This document shows positions 50,168-62,907 of a stretch of 64,000 nt of DNA, in pieces. The position numbers and the translations under genes are program-made. The stretch is from NCBI GenBank assembly GCA_965637545.1, contig OZ281501.1, positions 1,240,001 to 1,304,000 on the forward strand, given 5' to 3'. This DNA comes from Phallusia mammillata (taxonomy: Eukaryota). Under the pieces are notes generated by a model that worked only from the letters and a program-made list of their open reading frames with translations, did not search any database and was not told the origin of the DNA. Position 1 is the first letter of the stretch, and each line of letters opens with the position of its first letter.

Positions 50168-50210
50168 AAGTTTTTTCGTCTCACACGAGACACCTTCATC
50201 AGGGTAATGA
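50168..50210 (-). ncRNA. Hammerhead-like motif, partly decayed
   Basis: Minus strand: cattacc-CTGATGA-aggt-GTCTC gtgt GAGAC-GAAA-aaac. The core boxes and helix II are present, but helix III and the cleavage triplet are lost. Shares cttcatcagggtaa with family A. Confidence 0.55.
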
Positions 50211-50423
50211 TACGTTCTTGCATTCAGACAATCGAGATAACCAACGCATTTCGGACTTTACGTTGTTTAAGGACGAAAGAATAAGTGTCTACTAGAATCA
50301 ACTCTAAAGTGTTAATTCTGACCAATGACAACGATGCCCTACTACTCATATCAGAGTATGTCAGGCTTAGTAAAGGCGTTACGGAATCAAGAAAGGATTT
50401 CTAGTTTTTACGAACGAGCGGCG

Positions 50424-50460
50424 CAGGAAAGTACAAGTAACTCAGGAAAGTACAAGTAAC
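50424..50460. repeat. Perfect short tandem duplication (19-bp period)
   Basis: caggaaagtacaagtaac-t-caggaaagtacaagtaac. Confidence 0.9.
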
Positions 50461-51449
50461 CATTGAAAGCGCAAAAATAACACACCAAGTTTGTTCCACA
50501 AATCTACAGCGGCAAAATTTTAACCACTTTGGTCCGGAATGTTCTTTTATACTCCGAATTTGGTATAAAACTGGTGTTAGCAACTAGAGCTGCAGAACAG
50601 TCGCTAGAAAACAAAACCACAACATCCTACATCTTCACTCCTACTACTATTTTCGGCATCGTAAAAATTTCGACACTGTAAACATCCACAACACTGCCTT
50701 TTCCCAACGAACAAGCCATACGGGTTGTAAACTTAGCGCCAAATAACGGCCTCCTGTAAGTTAAACATTATCTTATGGGGTTTTCCAAACGTATTTTCCA
50801 GTCATTAACCAAGCGTCAAAAACGTTATGGCGATATCACCACATAATTTGACAAGTGTCATCGGCTTGGTATTATACTACGGTTACGGCTTGTATTTAAT
50901 AATGGGGCTTCATATTTAAAGTGTGCTCTCCTATAGGAAGTGTTATTTTGCGTAATGGCGCTTTGTGGTCAGCTATTGACAGTGGTAAACAAGTTGATGT
51001 GGAGTTGTAAATGAGGTTTGCGAGTTGAATTGTTGTCGCAAATCGATTGAAAAGTTCTTCATGCTGCGGTGACGGTTGCTACGTCATGAGTGACGTGTTT
51101 AAACTTGTTGTGTTGTCAATTCGACCACAGTGTTTGTTGTTGGTATCAACAGTTTTTGAAAAAAATGCACCCGAATTTAACATTTCTAACTTCTTAAATT
51201 TGGATTACCTAGAACACACACAGAAAATTGTATTTTCTATGTACAAGGCAGTTGAGACTACTCTTCTAGTCAGTGTCTATTTTATTCCTGAAACTTTTCG
51301 ACAAGTGTTATCACATGAACGCATAAAGGAAACAAATTGGGTTCACATAACATGGGTATTTGCGACCCCTCCTCTATATAGAGTATCTTTGATCAACAGA
51401 AGATATTCTTTTGGTGTCTCTCCTGCTTGTCGGTGCTACCTTCTTAACA

Positions 51450-54400
51450 TTAATATTTCGGGCTGTTGAGTGGTTTCCAGCGAGCGAAGACGGATGACAG
51501 AAAGGTTTTAACCCGGATCATTAGATATTGCAGGACTTCTATTACCGTGATTAGACTCATACCGATCCACAGACCAAGTTGTCCACCTAAAGTATAAAGT
51601 TTTTGAGATCTTGAAAGCCCCTTTCTCCTTAATGCCCACTCGAAGAAGACAACAGATATTGTTGACAAATGTTTTCGTTTACACAAATTATTCGCTACAT
51701 GTAAGGTTCTCTGGCAGCTAAGTTTCAGAGGAAAAGTTCAGAGGAACAAAGCATAAATAACTTGGATTGTGTGTTGATCGTTGCAATCGTTTATCCTTAG
51801 CGCCAATGTAATCTTCAAAATGATTATAACAGAGACAAATGTCTTTGCTACAATTTTAGTTAGGTTTCTAGGGTAAAAGTTTAGGAATATGGGTTTGTCT
51901 AATTTCATTCTGTGTTGATTATCTTACCAATGTCGCTTAGCAACGCCGACTCTTCAATTTTCTTCGACTGGAATTCTTTGACGATGCTCATTTGCTCATA
52001 GGCGACATCTAGTGCGAGTAAATTTTCCTTCACATATTGTCCGGAGACCGACGAAACCGCCTGAAATAGAAACACATTGTTGCTTAAATAAACCTTACAG
52101 TGTTGAGTTGCTAGTACCTCAAAAGCTTTCCGCGTTGGAATGTTGGGGAGATATGCGTATGAAATCCTTACTGTGTGTTGCGTGAAACTGCAAGGTGTTG
52201 TACATGAACAACTTTGAGGGGTGAGCTACAAAGCAAAGGTTTCTTTTAGACTGTTTCTAACATGCTGCTTGCTTACAGATATAGATATAGATAAAGCTGT
52301 TATGGCAAAATACAAATTAAGGGTAAAATTAAAAACTTAAAATCTTAGGGTTTGACTTAATGCTTTTCATAAACTTAAATCAACACTTCATCGCCTTCAG
52401 TACAAGGCTAAATGCTTAGATCTCAATTAAACAAAAATCGTCTTTAAGTTGATAAATCTCTCTAATTTCTTGTATGCTTTTTATAATTCTGATGTTTTTT
52501 ATTTAATTTGGTGCTCAAAGTTAACCTGTCGTATCAATGTAGCCAGCAATGGACTGCTGCAGTTGATCATCTGTTCGATGGTGCATTCGGGTGCGTACGA
52601 TTTTGCCCAGGTCTGATCAAATTGGTAACAACCACATCTTTCTATCAGAACTGTTGTGTAACATTCTGAAAAAAAATCTTTTAATCTTTTTTGTGGATAA
52701 AACTACAAATATAATCGATAGTTCCTCAAGGTTATAATTTGTCATTGAGCTCAAAGCACATTTTCACATTTGAAATGATAGTTTTGATTTTCTAAACAGA
52801 GCTTTTCTAAAGTAAACAGCAGTACGTACCCCTCATGCATGACTCAAGCGAGTAATTTGCGAAAAATTTCAAAGTCTTTTCCTTTCCTGGGTCACAAACT
52901 CCCCACGGCTTGTACATGTTGCTCACATCTTTACGACCCACCACCGCATACGCTTTTCTTCCCACGGGGATTGCGTATCCAAACTTCTCTACATCGGGAG
53001 CCACGTGCTTGCTATGGACCTGTTCAGTACAAAAATGTGTTGGTTTGTTCAGAACTCGTGTTGGACAACAATCAGTTTTGTCCAAATGCCCATGACTTAG
53101 ACATGAAACGACAAAACGGATTCAAGACAAAATTGTGCAGATTTCAACTTCAAAATTTGCAGCAACATTTGTTTACCCTACTAACATGGCCTCCCTATTA
53201 CAGAAGCTTTGGCGCACGTCTTTACTGGTGATTCGCTTCGCACGCATTGTTATAACAGCGCAGCTGCAACGCATTTAACTACATTTACATGTAATGTCCC
53301 CATTGTAGCGCTTTCTAATTTTGGCACAGATATGTGTGGCTTGTTGAATGTTCTAGTTTTTAATGTTGCTTTTCTCTAACATGCCCAAACCACAACTAGT
53401 ACATCTTCAGCAAAAGTGATTTAAAACACCCAAGCAAAATGTTCATACTTGAAACCTGATCCCAGCTTCCGCTTTTCCATATATTGCTTCCTCTGTATAG
53501 TTCCAGTGCATTGAGTTGAGTATGAAGGATAGACCGTTGTATGATCCACCAGCTGTTTGCCACAGTTGTGTCTTGCTATCAGCGTTAAATGTATAACACT
53601 TACCCATGTCTGTAACAACGGGTTTGAACTCGGAAGCCGTGCAAGAACGAGCTCCAAATCTGTAGAAATAACAATATTATACTTGTAGATGACTTTAGGT
53701 TTGTCAAAGTTTTTAGTCTGTTATTATACGTGACTGTTGTCTCCATCTCTCGTACTGAGTCGCTTAAGAATAGACTACACACTGTTTATATTACATACAG
53801 AAAGATCATAAAATTTGTTACTCCAAAACGTATGACAGATCTAGGTAAACCAACATTTACAGCAAAATGCCTTCTTCGTATTTTCGTTGTTAATGAAATG
53901 CTCACCAAGATTTGTAATAGAACATACTTGCACCAATAAAACCTGTTGTATATCTGAATATTTGAAAAAAAACTGGTAGTATAGCTATTTCTCGGGATCA
54001 GGTTCTTGAAACTGTATTAAGCGGATATTAAACCGGTGGACCAAGCAGTACACACGAGACCACACTTGGTCGCAAGAAAAAAATTAAATGAAGTAGCGTA
54101 CCACAAAGTGTTTCGTAAGCAATTACTAGTTTCACATTACCTGCAATAAAACAATTGCTGTCCATCCACTAGAGGGAACCCCTTCCTTGCGTAGTACTCA
54201 CTCGTTGTGAAATTAGTGACGTTGTTGTAGTACGTCAAGGAACTGAGACTGTTCACTGAAGCGTTGATGCTAAATGCAAATTCCACCGATGCCGGAGATG
54301 TTACTTTGTTTAAGGCCTGCATCGCTAATAGCTCCTGCTGCGACTCCGGAAAGAAGAGCCTAAGAACAAGCTTCATTTGATATTTACTGCTGGTGATTCT

Positions 54401-55517
54401 CAAAAGTTTTTAGCGGTTTAATGTGAGTGTGCATCGCAACACAACCTTATTTACATTTATTTCATGTTTAAGGCGTGTCGTCCATAACATAAGACTTGCA
54501 AATTGTTTGTTATCATGTTTTAGCTGGCAGTGTCCCTAACGAAAAAGGGCATTGTTTAAACTTAATCTACCCTTTACCACAAGCCTATTGAAGATTTAAA
54601 CCACTGCTATTGAGCTAGAAAACGTAAAGGTCCAACGACGTTCACATTTGCATTGTGGAGTTAGAACAGTAGTGCTTCTTTGGTTCCATTGGTGCGTAAG
54701 GTTACCTTAAACCTTACAATACCCACTCTTATCTTACGTTTGTTTCGTTATAATCACATATACCATTGCACTAGTAGTAAATATAGTTATTGATGCTACA
54801 TTTGCCCGCTATAATATTTTTTTGCACTGATGTAGCAAATGGTTGTCTTATAATAGTGAGTAACACCGGACCTTTATTGGTATTAAACTTTACATAGAAG
54901 GAAAAACCTATTGGCGATCATTGCCGTATTTAAGTTGAGTGTAAATTGAATGTTCTCTAATTTGAATTTTTACCGGTTAAAGTTGCAAATAGTGACAGCT
55001 GGAAATTCGATTGAACTTCTAAATTCCCTTGAAACTTCGGTGCTGGTTTGGTATTGGTAGTATATAAGAATCCGTGTTGTTACTTGTTGTACCATTCCAC
55101 AGAACATACCTTGTAAACAGTTATACATTCTGTACTGCCACGAAATTATAACTTATATATCAGACCACCGTTTTGTGACCAAAAAACAGCGTTATGTCCA
55201 ACAAATGTTTAGTTATTTGGGATCATTTATCAATTTAACCATCAGTTTTGAATGTGAAAATATTATTTTAAGTTATTTTCTTGGATGTGTTTTTAAGGTA
55301 AATTTACTTCTTTTTAGACCATTAACCGACGAAGTTGTGACCTTGTCTGAGACTTAAGACTTAAGTGTATCCGACCTATTACAAGCAGTATCCAAAATAC
55401 GCGTTGAACTGTATTCCTGCTCGTCCACCAGAAAGACATGCCATGACATGTTGTGCTGGTTGCAAACTCCTCTTCTTCGCTACAACGATTTGACTTTCCT
55501 TCTTCCTCCATATGCAT
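51450..55517 (-). CDS. DEG/ENaC amiloride-sensitive channel subunit, ASIC/BASIC-like (paralogue A, ~471 aa)
   Basis: Nine exons: 55517-55376, 55109-54974, 54359-54141 (alternative acceptor 54389), 53659-53449, 53019-52830, 52665-52526, 52225-52118, 52060-51928, 51586-51450. Motifs: TTCHG, FPAVTICNFN, TDMGKCYTFN, AGIRFQVHS, KPWGVC, ten-Cys thumb pattern and LLSDIGGQLGLWIGMS. Confidence 0.95.
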
Positions 55518-56415
55518 TTAAGATTACCATTCACTTTATAAACTCGAGCCCAGAAAATTGATAAGGTGCCTAAAGTACGCCAGTGCTGCCAAACGTCAGG
55601 AAACAGTTCCTAACTTTAGTTTCTAGATGCTAGATGACCTTAAAATGGTATATCCTGAACAAGCGCATCTACAACGGAAGTTAAGGCCGGAAGCTTGACG
55701 CTACGCAACAATGCAAATCTATTGCTGCTTATTAATAGATCGTGTATTTGAATGGTTGTCCCGAACAAAACCCTGGTATCAAGTGCTGCTTACCAAAGTT
55801 TTAAATTATCGAAAAATACAAGAAGGTATTTAACGTTAAACAAGGCATATGGCATCAGTACCCCATGAGTTATGAAGACAATTTAACTGAACCCGCCCTG
55901 TCAACAAATCACACACCATCGAGTTGCATAAGTTTTGTATTTGCTACACATAGTTCAAAAAAACAAAAAACAAAAACAAATAAAAGTATCAAAAAAGTGC
56001 TACGTTGTAATTACCTAGTTACTGCGGATGAAACAAACATATCTTTAGTCAGTGTTTAGCCAATTCTGCTTTGCGCTTTTTTGAACAAGCTAATTGTGTT
56101 ACAGTGTTGTTGGGACCACCGATTATTTGTAATGTTGTCCACAAATTTGTGGCAGTAAATAACAAGACATGCCATTACCAAGGACACAAAAAGTATTTGA
56201 AACGTTGCTACTACTCATCCTGTACTTTTATTTTTTCTATTGTTGTCATGTCAGCTGTATCATTTGCACATTAGATTTCATATTACGTGTAAGTAAAAGT
56301 GCATGTACGTTGGTTCTGCATCGGGTTGTAAAGTCCTCATAACCTCTTTGAGTACGCCCAGCATTCTCTCGTTACACCTTGCGCAGGTTATGCAACTTAG
56401 CATAGATATGTTGAG

Positions 56416-59400
56416 TCACAGCCCGTTTGTTTCTACGTAATTGTCTTCCGTATTTTCTTTTGTTTCTTTTTTCTTATTCGTCCAACATGATTTCCACCCC
56501 CTGATGGCGAGATATTGTAAAAACTCAACTATTGTGATGAGACTCATTCCAACCCATAGACCGAGCTGCCCACCTGCAAATAATATAGCAATTTAAGCTA
56601 CATTGCATTTCGTCTGGCATTTAGGACCACAAGTACACAAGTTCATGCTCTACTCTACACGGTAATAAAGTCTTTAAAAACATCATGCACTTCACTTATT
56701 TGCCTATGGTTTACCCTTTACTGGTATGCCCAGTTCGCCATTACCATGAAACAAGATTATTTTGTTATAAGCACATATTCAACTGCTTATGTATGGGCAA
56801 TACTGAGATAAAAGCGCAGAGCAAACAAATCATCACCCATACTACTATGTTTTAAGATTATATTTCATATATTTTAGATTTCGTCCTTTTTAACGCACTT
56901 TTTATATCATTATGTTCAATTGCTACATAAGGAAAAACTTTAAGCTTGGAATTTTTTTTCTTTTCTCCTAACTGTAACGATGCATTTTTGTCCCACGCAG
57001 TTTTGCGGTTGAGCAACTCACGTGATCATTACAATGCAAATGAGTGGGCGATTAGGCCTACAGTATTTTTGGCCGCTTGTGTTAATCACTTGTTCCGTCA
57101 CACCACGATTTGAAGCAGCATTGAAGCGAATTAGGCTTGTTAAAAAATCCGAATGTATTTTGAACCACGATACACGGATTTGTTTGATGGTTTAATGTCG
57201 CTTTTTACTTCTATTTATGCCGTTATTATCGTCATCAAATTCCTTATAATATAGGTGTAACTGAGCTAGAAACGTTGTGCCTTTTCACATTTTTAACTGC
57301 ATGGCTGTTTAAAACAGTTATACGTACCAATGTCACTGAGCAGGGCCGATTCTTCAATCTTTTTGCTCTGTACTTCTTTTATGATGCTCATTTGACCGAA
57401 GGCGACATCTAGTGCCACGTAGTTCTCGCGAATATATCCAGGAAAACTCGGGCTCTGATAAAAATTTGAGGTCAAATTTATACCACTCCCAACTTGTGTG
57501 ACTTCATCGTTCTAAAGTGTGTTTATAACTTTTCAACAATTTGCTCTGATAGTTTGTCACATTTACTGACGATTATAACGGCCCAAATAGACGTAAAATG
57601 CGACATGCTTTATTATTTAAATGTTTCGGCAAATGCTCATTCCATCATTAGTAATATGAGGCTACATCAGTTACAAGCATTTACAAACGCCACATAAAAT
57701 ATTAATACAAAATATGTAAAGCAAGTGTAGCCACGAAACTCATAAACAGTTTAGAGCTAATAATAATGTTTATCCAATAAACTAGGAACGAATTTGTATT
57801 GAATTAGATAAAACGTAGTTATGTAATATTTCGACCGTTTGAAAAAAATTATTGTAATTATCAGTGAAGCCATGTCAAAAAGTTGCGTTTAAACCTGGAG
57901 AAATAAGCAAATTACGACCAGAATTCTTACCTCAAGTTCTTGCTGCATTCGAATATTGGGCAGAGAAGCGTAGGAGAGTTGGATTTGGAATTCGGTAAAT
58001 TGACACGGGATGGGGCAGGGACACGAATCGGGCTGAAACCAACAAATACAGATTAAACCAAACGCATAAACTACTATGCATACCACTAAACTTCTAAGAC
58101 TCGATACGCCTACAGTTTTTTTTACCGATGAAGAAATATCATCCTAAAACGCAAAGCTAAACACAAAGGGTACTTTAGTCAGGGATTTTCCAACAAGTTA
58201 TGTCGTTTACCACTTGGCGTATAGAAATACAACGTTAGGCCATGTACAATAAATTCTCATTTCCAAACACATTCTGTGAATATTTTACCCCATAAACATG
58301 TCCCAGTAAGTTTTACCTCGTTGAAAAGCAATTCTGTTGATTATGGTTTATTGAACTTTCTGCTTTGTTATTGGCCCTTTTACCCGGCCTCGGTGCTATA
58401 ATACAACACCCGAATTGTAAATAGGTAGACAGTCAACCAAATTTTAAATAATTTGTTCACAAGTCTGTCGAAAAGGAATGTAAACCGCTGGTTTTACTTT
58501 ATACTTTATCTGCACTATGGTCTATGGATCTAAACTTTTATGAACACGAATACACTTCAAACCTGCTCTGCGATTCTTAGTAAAGTAGGAGTGCTACAGT
58601 GGATCATCTGTTGGATGCTGCATTCCGGGTGGGATGTGAAATCAGGAAGATTGAAATGTTTACATCCACAGCTGTCGATAATTTTTTGTGCGAAGCATTC
58701 TAATTGTGAAAACAGTTACTAATTAGTGATAATATTATTGATGATCCACTGTACTGAATTTTAATATAAGAAAAAAAACTCAATACTCACCCTCTAATGT
58801 GAGTCTCTGCCACATAACTGTGCTACTACCTATTTGTTTTACCCTGCGAAACCAATTCAACTCAACATAAACAATAATTTTATCTCAAACAAATTGCCAG
58901 TATAAAGAGAATTCATGACTTAGAAAACAACTGCTGTTGTAATCATGTTACGTTTCAGTCACTTTTCAGTGTTTTTAATCGAGCTTGTTTTAAAGTTTGT
59001 GTCTGCACTAAGCAATAATATGATTAAAAACTAATAAAATATGCTTAACTTTTGGCGAGTCCTACCCAGAAACAGCACAGTCTCAATTTTGACCTCACCT
59101 GCAAGACAAGTGTCGTACGAGTATTCCGCTTGCGTCTTCAGCGATGATTCCAACCATGTGTAACAATCGCCCCACGGAAATTTAATGTTGTGCACATCTT
59201 TACGGGACATTAGGGCGTAAGCTCTGGAACCGACCCCAACAGCAAAACCAAGTCCGTCTACATCAGGAAACTCGTGTGGGCTGTGAACCTGGAAAGAAAT
59301 TTCAAGTATAGTTTAATCTTCGACAATGTAAAACGTGGAGCCCAACACGGGACCAGCAGGCTTTCAGAATTTCCATGTAGCCTACATGTCAAAGAAGTTG

Positions 59401-61835
59401 GAAAATTCAAAACCTCTGACGTAAGATCTAGCTCGAGATTAAATATTTTTTATGGTGGAAACTAGCACCCAACATTATTTCACTATCACTTTCAAAAACT
59501 CCTACGCAGGGAAATCCAAATTCTGGAACCGATTTCGAACAGAATCCACCACTGTATTTGCTTAAATTGGTTTATTCTTTTACCTGGAACCGGATCCAAA
59601 TAGAATCTTACTCTGTATTAGCTTAAATTGGTTTATTTTTTTACCTGGAACCGGATCCCAGCTTCCTGGTATCCGTATATCGGATCTTCGGTGTAGCGCC
59701 AGTGGGAAGCATTAAGAGTAATGGATAACCCGGCATATGTTCCAGCTGATGTTTGGTTTCGAATATTTTCAGGATCTCCGTTGAACGTGTAGCATAATCC
59801 CAGCTCCGTGAGAACCGGTTTAAAGTCGGCTGAAGTGCAATAATGTGATCCGAATCTGTACGTATATCTCAGTAAAACTTCTGTACACCTAAAGGTCTGC
59901 CGGTTTTGAATAGGATAAGGGTTTAAAATGTAGATAATACTTTGGAATTTGCGCGAAGAACTTAATGAATTGTGAGAGTCTCAAATTGCAAATCCGTTAT
60001 TTGGTTTCAAAATTTCTTACTCTACTTTATCCACGATGTAAATTTGAAAGCTCGATAACAAAGGTATCAGGACGGCTGGCACTTTAAAATCACATGAAAG
60101 GGAAACGTTTACATCCTACAACAACTTTTACTGACAAGGGTTGACCCACCTGCAGTTGATAAGTTCGTATTGTGAGAAAGGAAAACCTTTTCTGGTGTAA
60201 TAATCCCGGATACTAAAGTTTGGTTGCGTTTCGTAATATTGTAGTGCTGTAAGGTTGATCGCTGAAATATTTCCTAACAAACCCGGATACGTCACTCTGT
60301 TTAAAAGTCTCATCGCAGCCAGTTCTTCACGTGATTCCTGGTAGAAAAGTCTGGAATGATATTCGTGTTCAATTATTTTCGCCACATGACAAACCCAGAG
60401 AATTGTAAGTCGGATTGAATTGCTGGGTTCGAGCTTAATTTTAAACAAACCGGGTTTGATTCGGGCCTAACTTTACACTAGGCATCATTTGTGCCACAAT
60501 TTCACCAACTTCCGGATCTGGGTTTTGTTTTGGAAACAAAATCGTGTTAAAGTTGGGCTTGTATCTTGGGTTCGGGCTCTGAACGAATCTTTCAGAAAAT
60601 ACTGGCACTGATGTGGTTAACTTATTGAAAACATAACCCAGGGGTACGCGGTTAGAACGTGATCAACATCGACAAAAAAGAAGCCGTTTCACCCACAAAA
60701 GCAAACTGTGACTTAAACTTGTACAGTTAATCTCATTTACGAAACGCCCAGAAGCGATATAGGCATTCTGTGTTGATTATATTGATTATATAGAAGTTTA
60801 AGGAATTGTTTTCTCTTTTGCAAGCGAATAGTTTCCTAAAAAAAAAACTTTATGTTTAAGTTTTGTTGGTTTTATTTTAACATGTGAGAGGTAGTACTGC
60901 GCCGTCATTATAATACCTTATACGCTGCGAGTATCGCGTGAGTGTGTTATGCCTAGTGGCAAATTTATTTTTTAGGAAATATTAGAAATACAATGTTTTC
61001 ATGCTTAAAATGACAAGAATGTTGAATAATATGCATGTTTAACTTGTAAAAGTGGTCGGTCAAAATTCACAAAACGAAAAGCAAATAGTGTATACTCAAT
61101 GGCAAACAATAATTTCGATTGAATTTCTCCAAACAAGCGTGATGTTACCCGAATAACCCCAAATAGTGTGTAATTCTCACTGAACCTACGAATGTTTTGG
61201 CTTTAGGGCGATTAGAAATTGGAAACAAATCAAAAAATCTGAGTAGCTAAACCTGCTGACCTGTTAAAGTTGCAAATCGTTACAGCGGGAAACTCAAGTT
61301 GTGGTCGAAACTGTCGTGAAACTTCAGTAATTGTGTCGAATTTGTAGTAGGCAGATATTCGTTCGAACACTTGCTCAATCAGACCACAAAACATGCCTGG
61401 GAACATAAACAAAACCCGTCACGGGATGTCACAATCCTTTTGTGCGTGTGCAGCAGACCGCATCACATCACGTGCTGCTTAGAATCGTATCTTTGAGAAA
61501 AGGAAAGTGATATGTTACTGCACTGTACCTGATTTAAGGAACTAGTTTGTATCACCTTATTCTACTTGTTCAATTGCCTCTTCTAACACAAGGCAATAGG
61601 TCTGTTATACTACACGAGAATTCTACAGGAAAAAACTGTTTTTAATGAGGCTTCATTGAACCTTTATTCCTACAATTAAAACTCTTCTTAATAGCTCACC
61701 CAGCACAAGGACAATCCAGAAAAGACGTTGTAAGGTTGATTTTGAGTTCCACCAAAACGCCACCCCATGTAAACTTGTTGTATTGGCAAACTCCTTCTCC
61801 GGAACACAGCTGTTTTCGTCATTGTCGCATTTCAT
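56416..61835 (-). CDS. DEG/ENaC amiloride-sensitive channel subunit, ASIC/BASIC-like (paralogue B, 465 aa)
   Basis: Nine exons: 61835-61700, 61396-61261, 60350-60150, 59855-59645, 59288-59099, 58699-58563, 58032-57931, 57454-57328, 56573-56416 (TGA); 1398 nt in total. Motifs: TSLHG, FPAVTICNFN, TELGLCYTFN, FPWGDC, CPCPIPC and LLSDIGGQLGLWVGMS. Intron phases are identical to paralogue A. Confidence 0.95.
57585..57662 (-). repeat. Family B HHR-type repeat with mutated core, in intron 7 of paralogue B
   Basis: Aligns with 27365-27445. Minus strand reads CTAATGA...GCC-GAAAC-ATT. Confidence 0.85.
59548..59660. repeat. 61-bp tandem duplication spanning an exon/intron junction
   Basis: ctgtatt(t/a)gcttaaattggtttatt(c/t)tttacctggaaccggatcc occurs twice, 61 bp apart. 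The second unit includes the end of exon 4 of paralogue B. Confidence 0.9.
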
Positions 61836-62907
61836 GATTTATTTATTTTACTTCAAAGTAAAATTCTACACCTTACTGCTTTGCACTACAAACAAATTCA
61901 CTGCGATATAGATGATGTTAAACTCACCGTTAATTAAAAGCACTTTGCAGCCGTACGTAGGCAACAACAAAACAAAACACGTGAAGGCTATTTACTACCG
62001 TATACGGTTTAGCTTTGCAACACTTCCAGTAACTTTATTAGCCGTTATTGTTTTGCCATTGCGCAGTAACTGATGTAAATATTACTGAACGTGGGTTCTG
62101 AAAACAACTTTATGCTCGCAACCACAGTACACACGGAAAACTCTTCATAAAGTAAATCTTTCACTTTTTTCGTAACTTAGAACGCTTTTTTTCTGTATTA
62201 ACTAGATAATGCATCAACTATGCAACCAGTTTTTGGTAATAGACTAACTGAATCATGCCTGTACTGGCTCAACAACACAAACCCGTATTTGTCCAAAGCA
62301 GTGAAATCGAAGGCTTAATCAACCGGCGACTCGTGTGCACAATAGCGTTTTTTTCTGCTTGGCCTTAGGCCTCTCGGTCCAACCGCACAAACAATGGTCA
62401 CGCTTAAATAATCGTCTGTGGGGAAGTTACGTCAGATTACGCATGACACGACACGAAAATGTCTTATTTATTGTACCTGGTTTCACAAACACCCTTCACA
62501 GACTGTTTAAAGGCTGTGGAATCGAATTTACGAATCAATAACATATTATTATATAAAAAAAATTTGTTACATTGGCAAAAAACAGTTATGCAAGACAATA
62601 TAACAGCCGTACCGGTGGCGCGCCTTACATAGGATAATTTATGAAACAAATACTGGCAAGAAACGTTACTACAGTGAAAAACGCTAAATGAGGTTTGAAA
62701 TAGGAAAATTAGTTAAAACAAGTTTCACATCATGAACAATATATTAAGAGGTAAACAACGGAATACGAATTATAAAAATAAACAGTAAAAATAAAATACC
62801 CGGTCTCTTTTCGCCGAACCACTAATAGCATCATGCCACGATGTACTAAATTTTGCTCCTCGTTTGTTGTGTCATAAGAGCGTCACGCGTTTCTGATTGG
62901 TCGAGAA

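Noticed and set aside
51047-51469. 140-aa plus-strand ORF
   Set aside because: It lies antisense to the 3' end and UTR of paralogue A, is AT-rich, and has no motif or splice support.
53598-53604. Perfect G|GTAAGT donor inside exon 4 of channel paralogue A
   Set aside because: The frame continues through the conserved GKCYTFN motif, and the full 211-nt exon matches paralogue B exactly in length.
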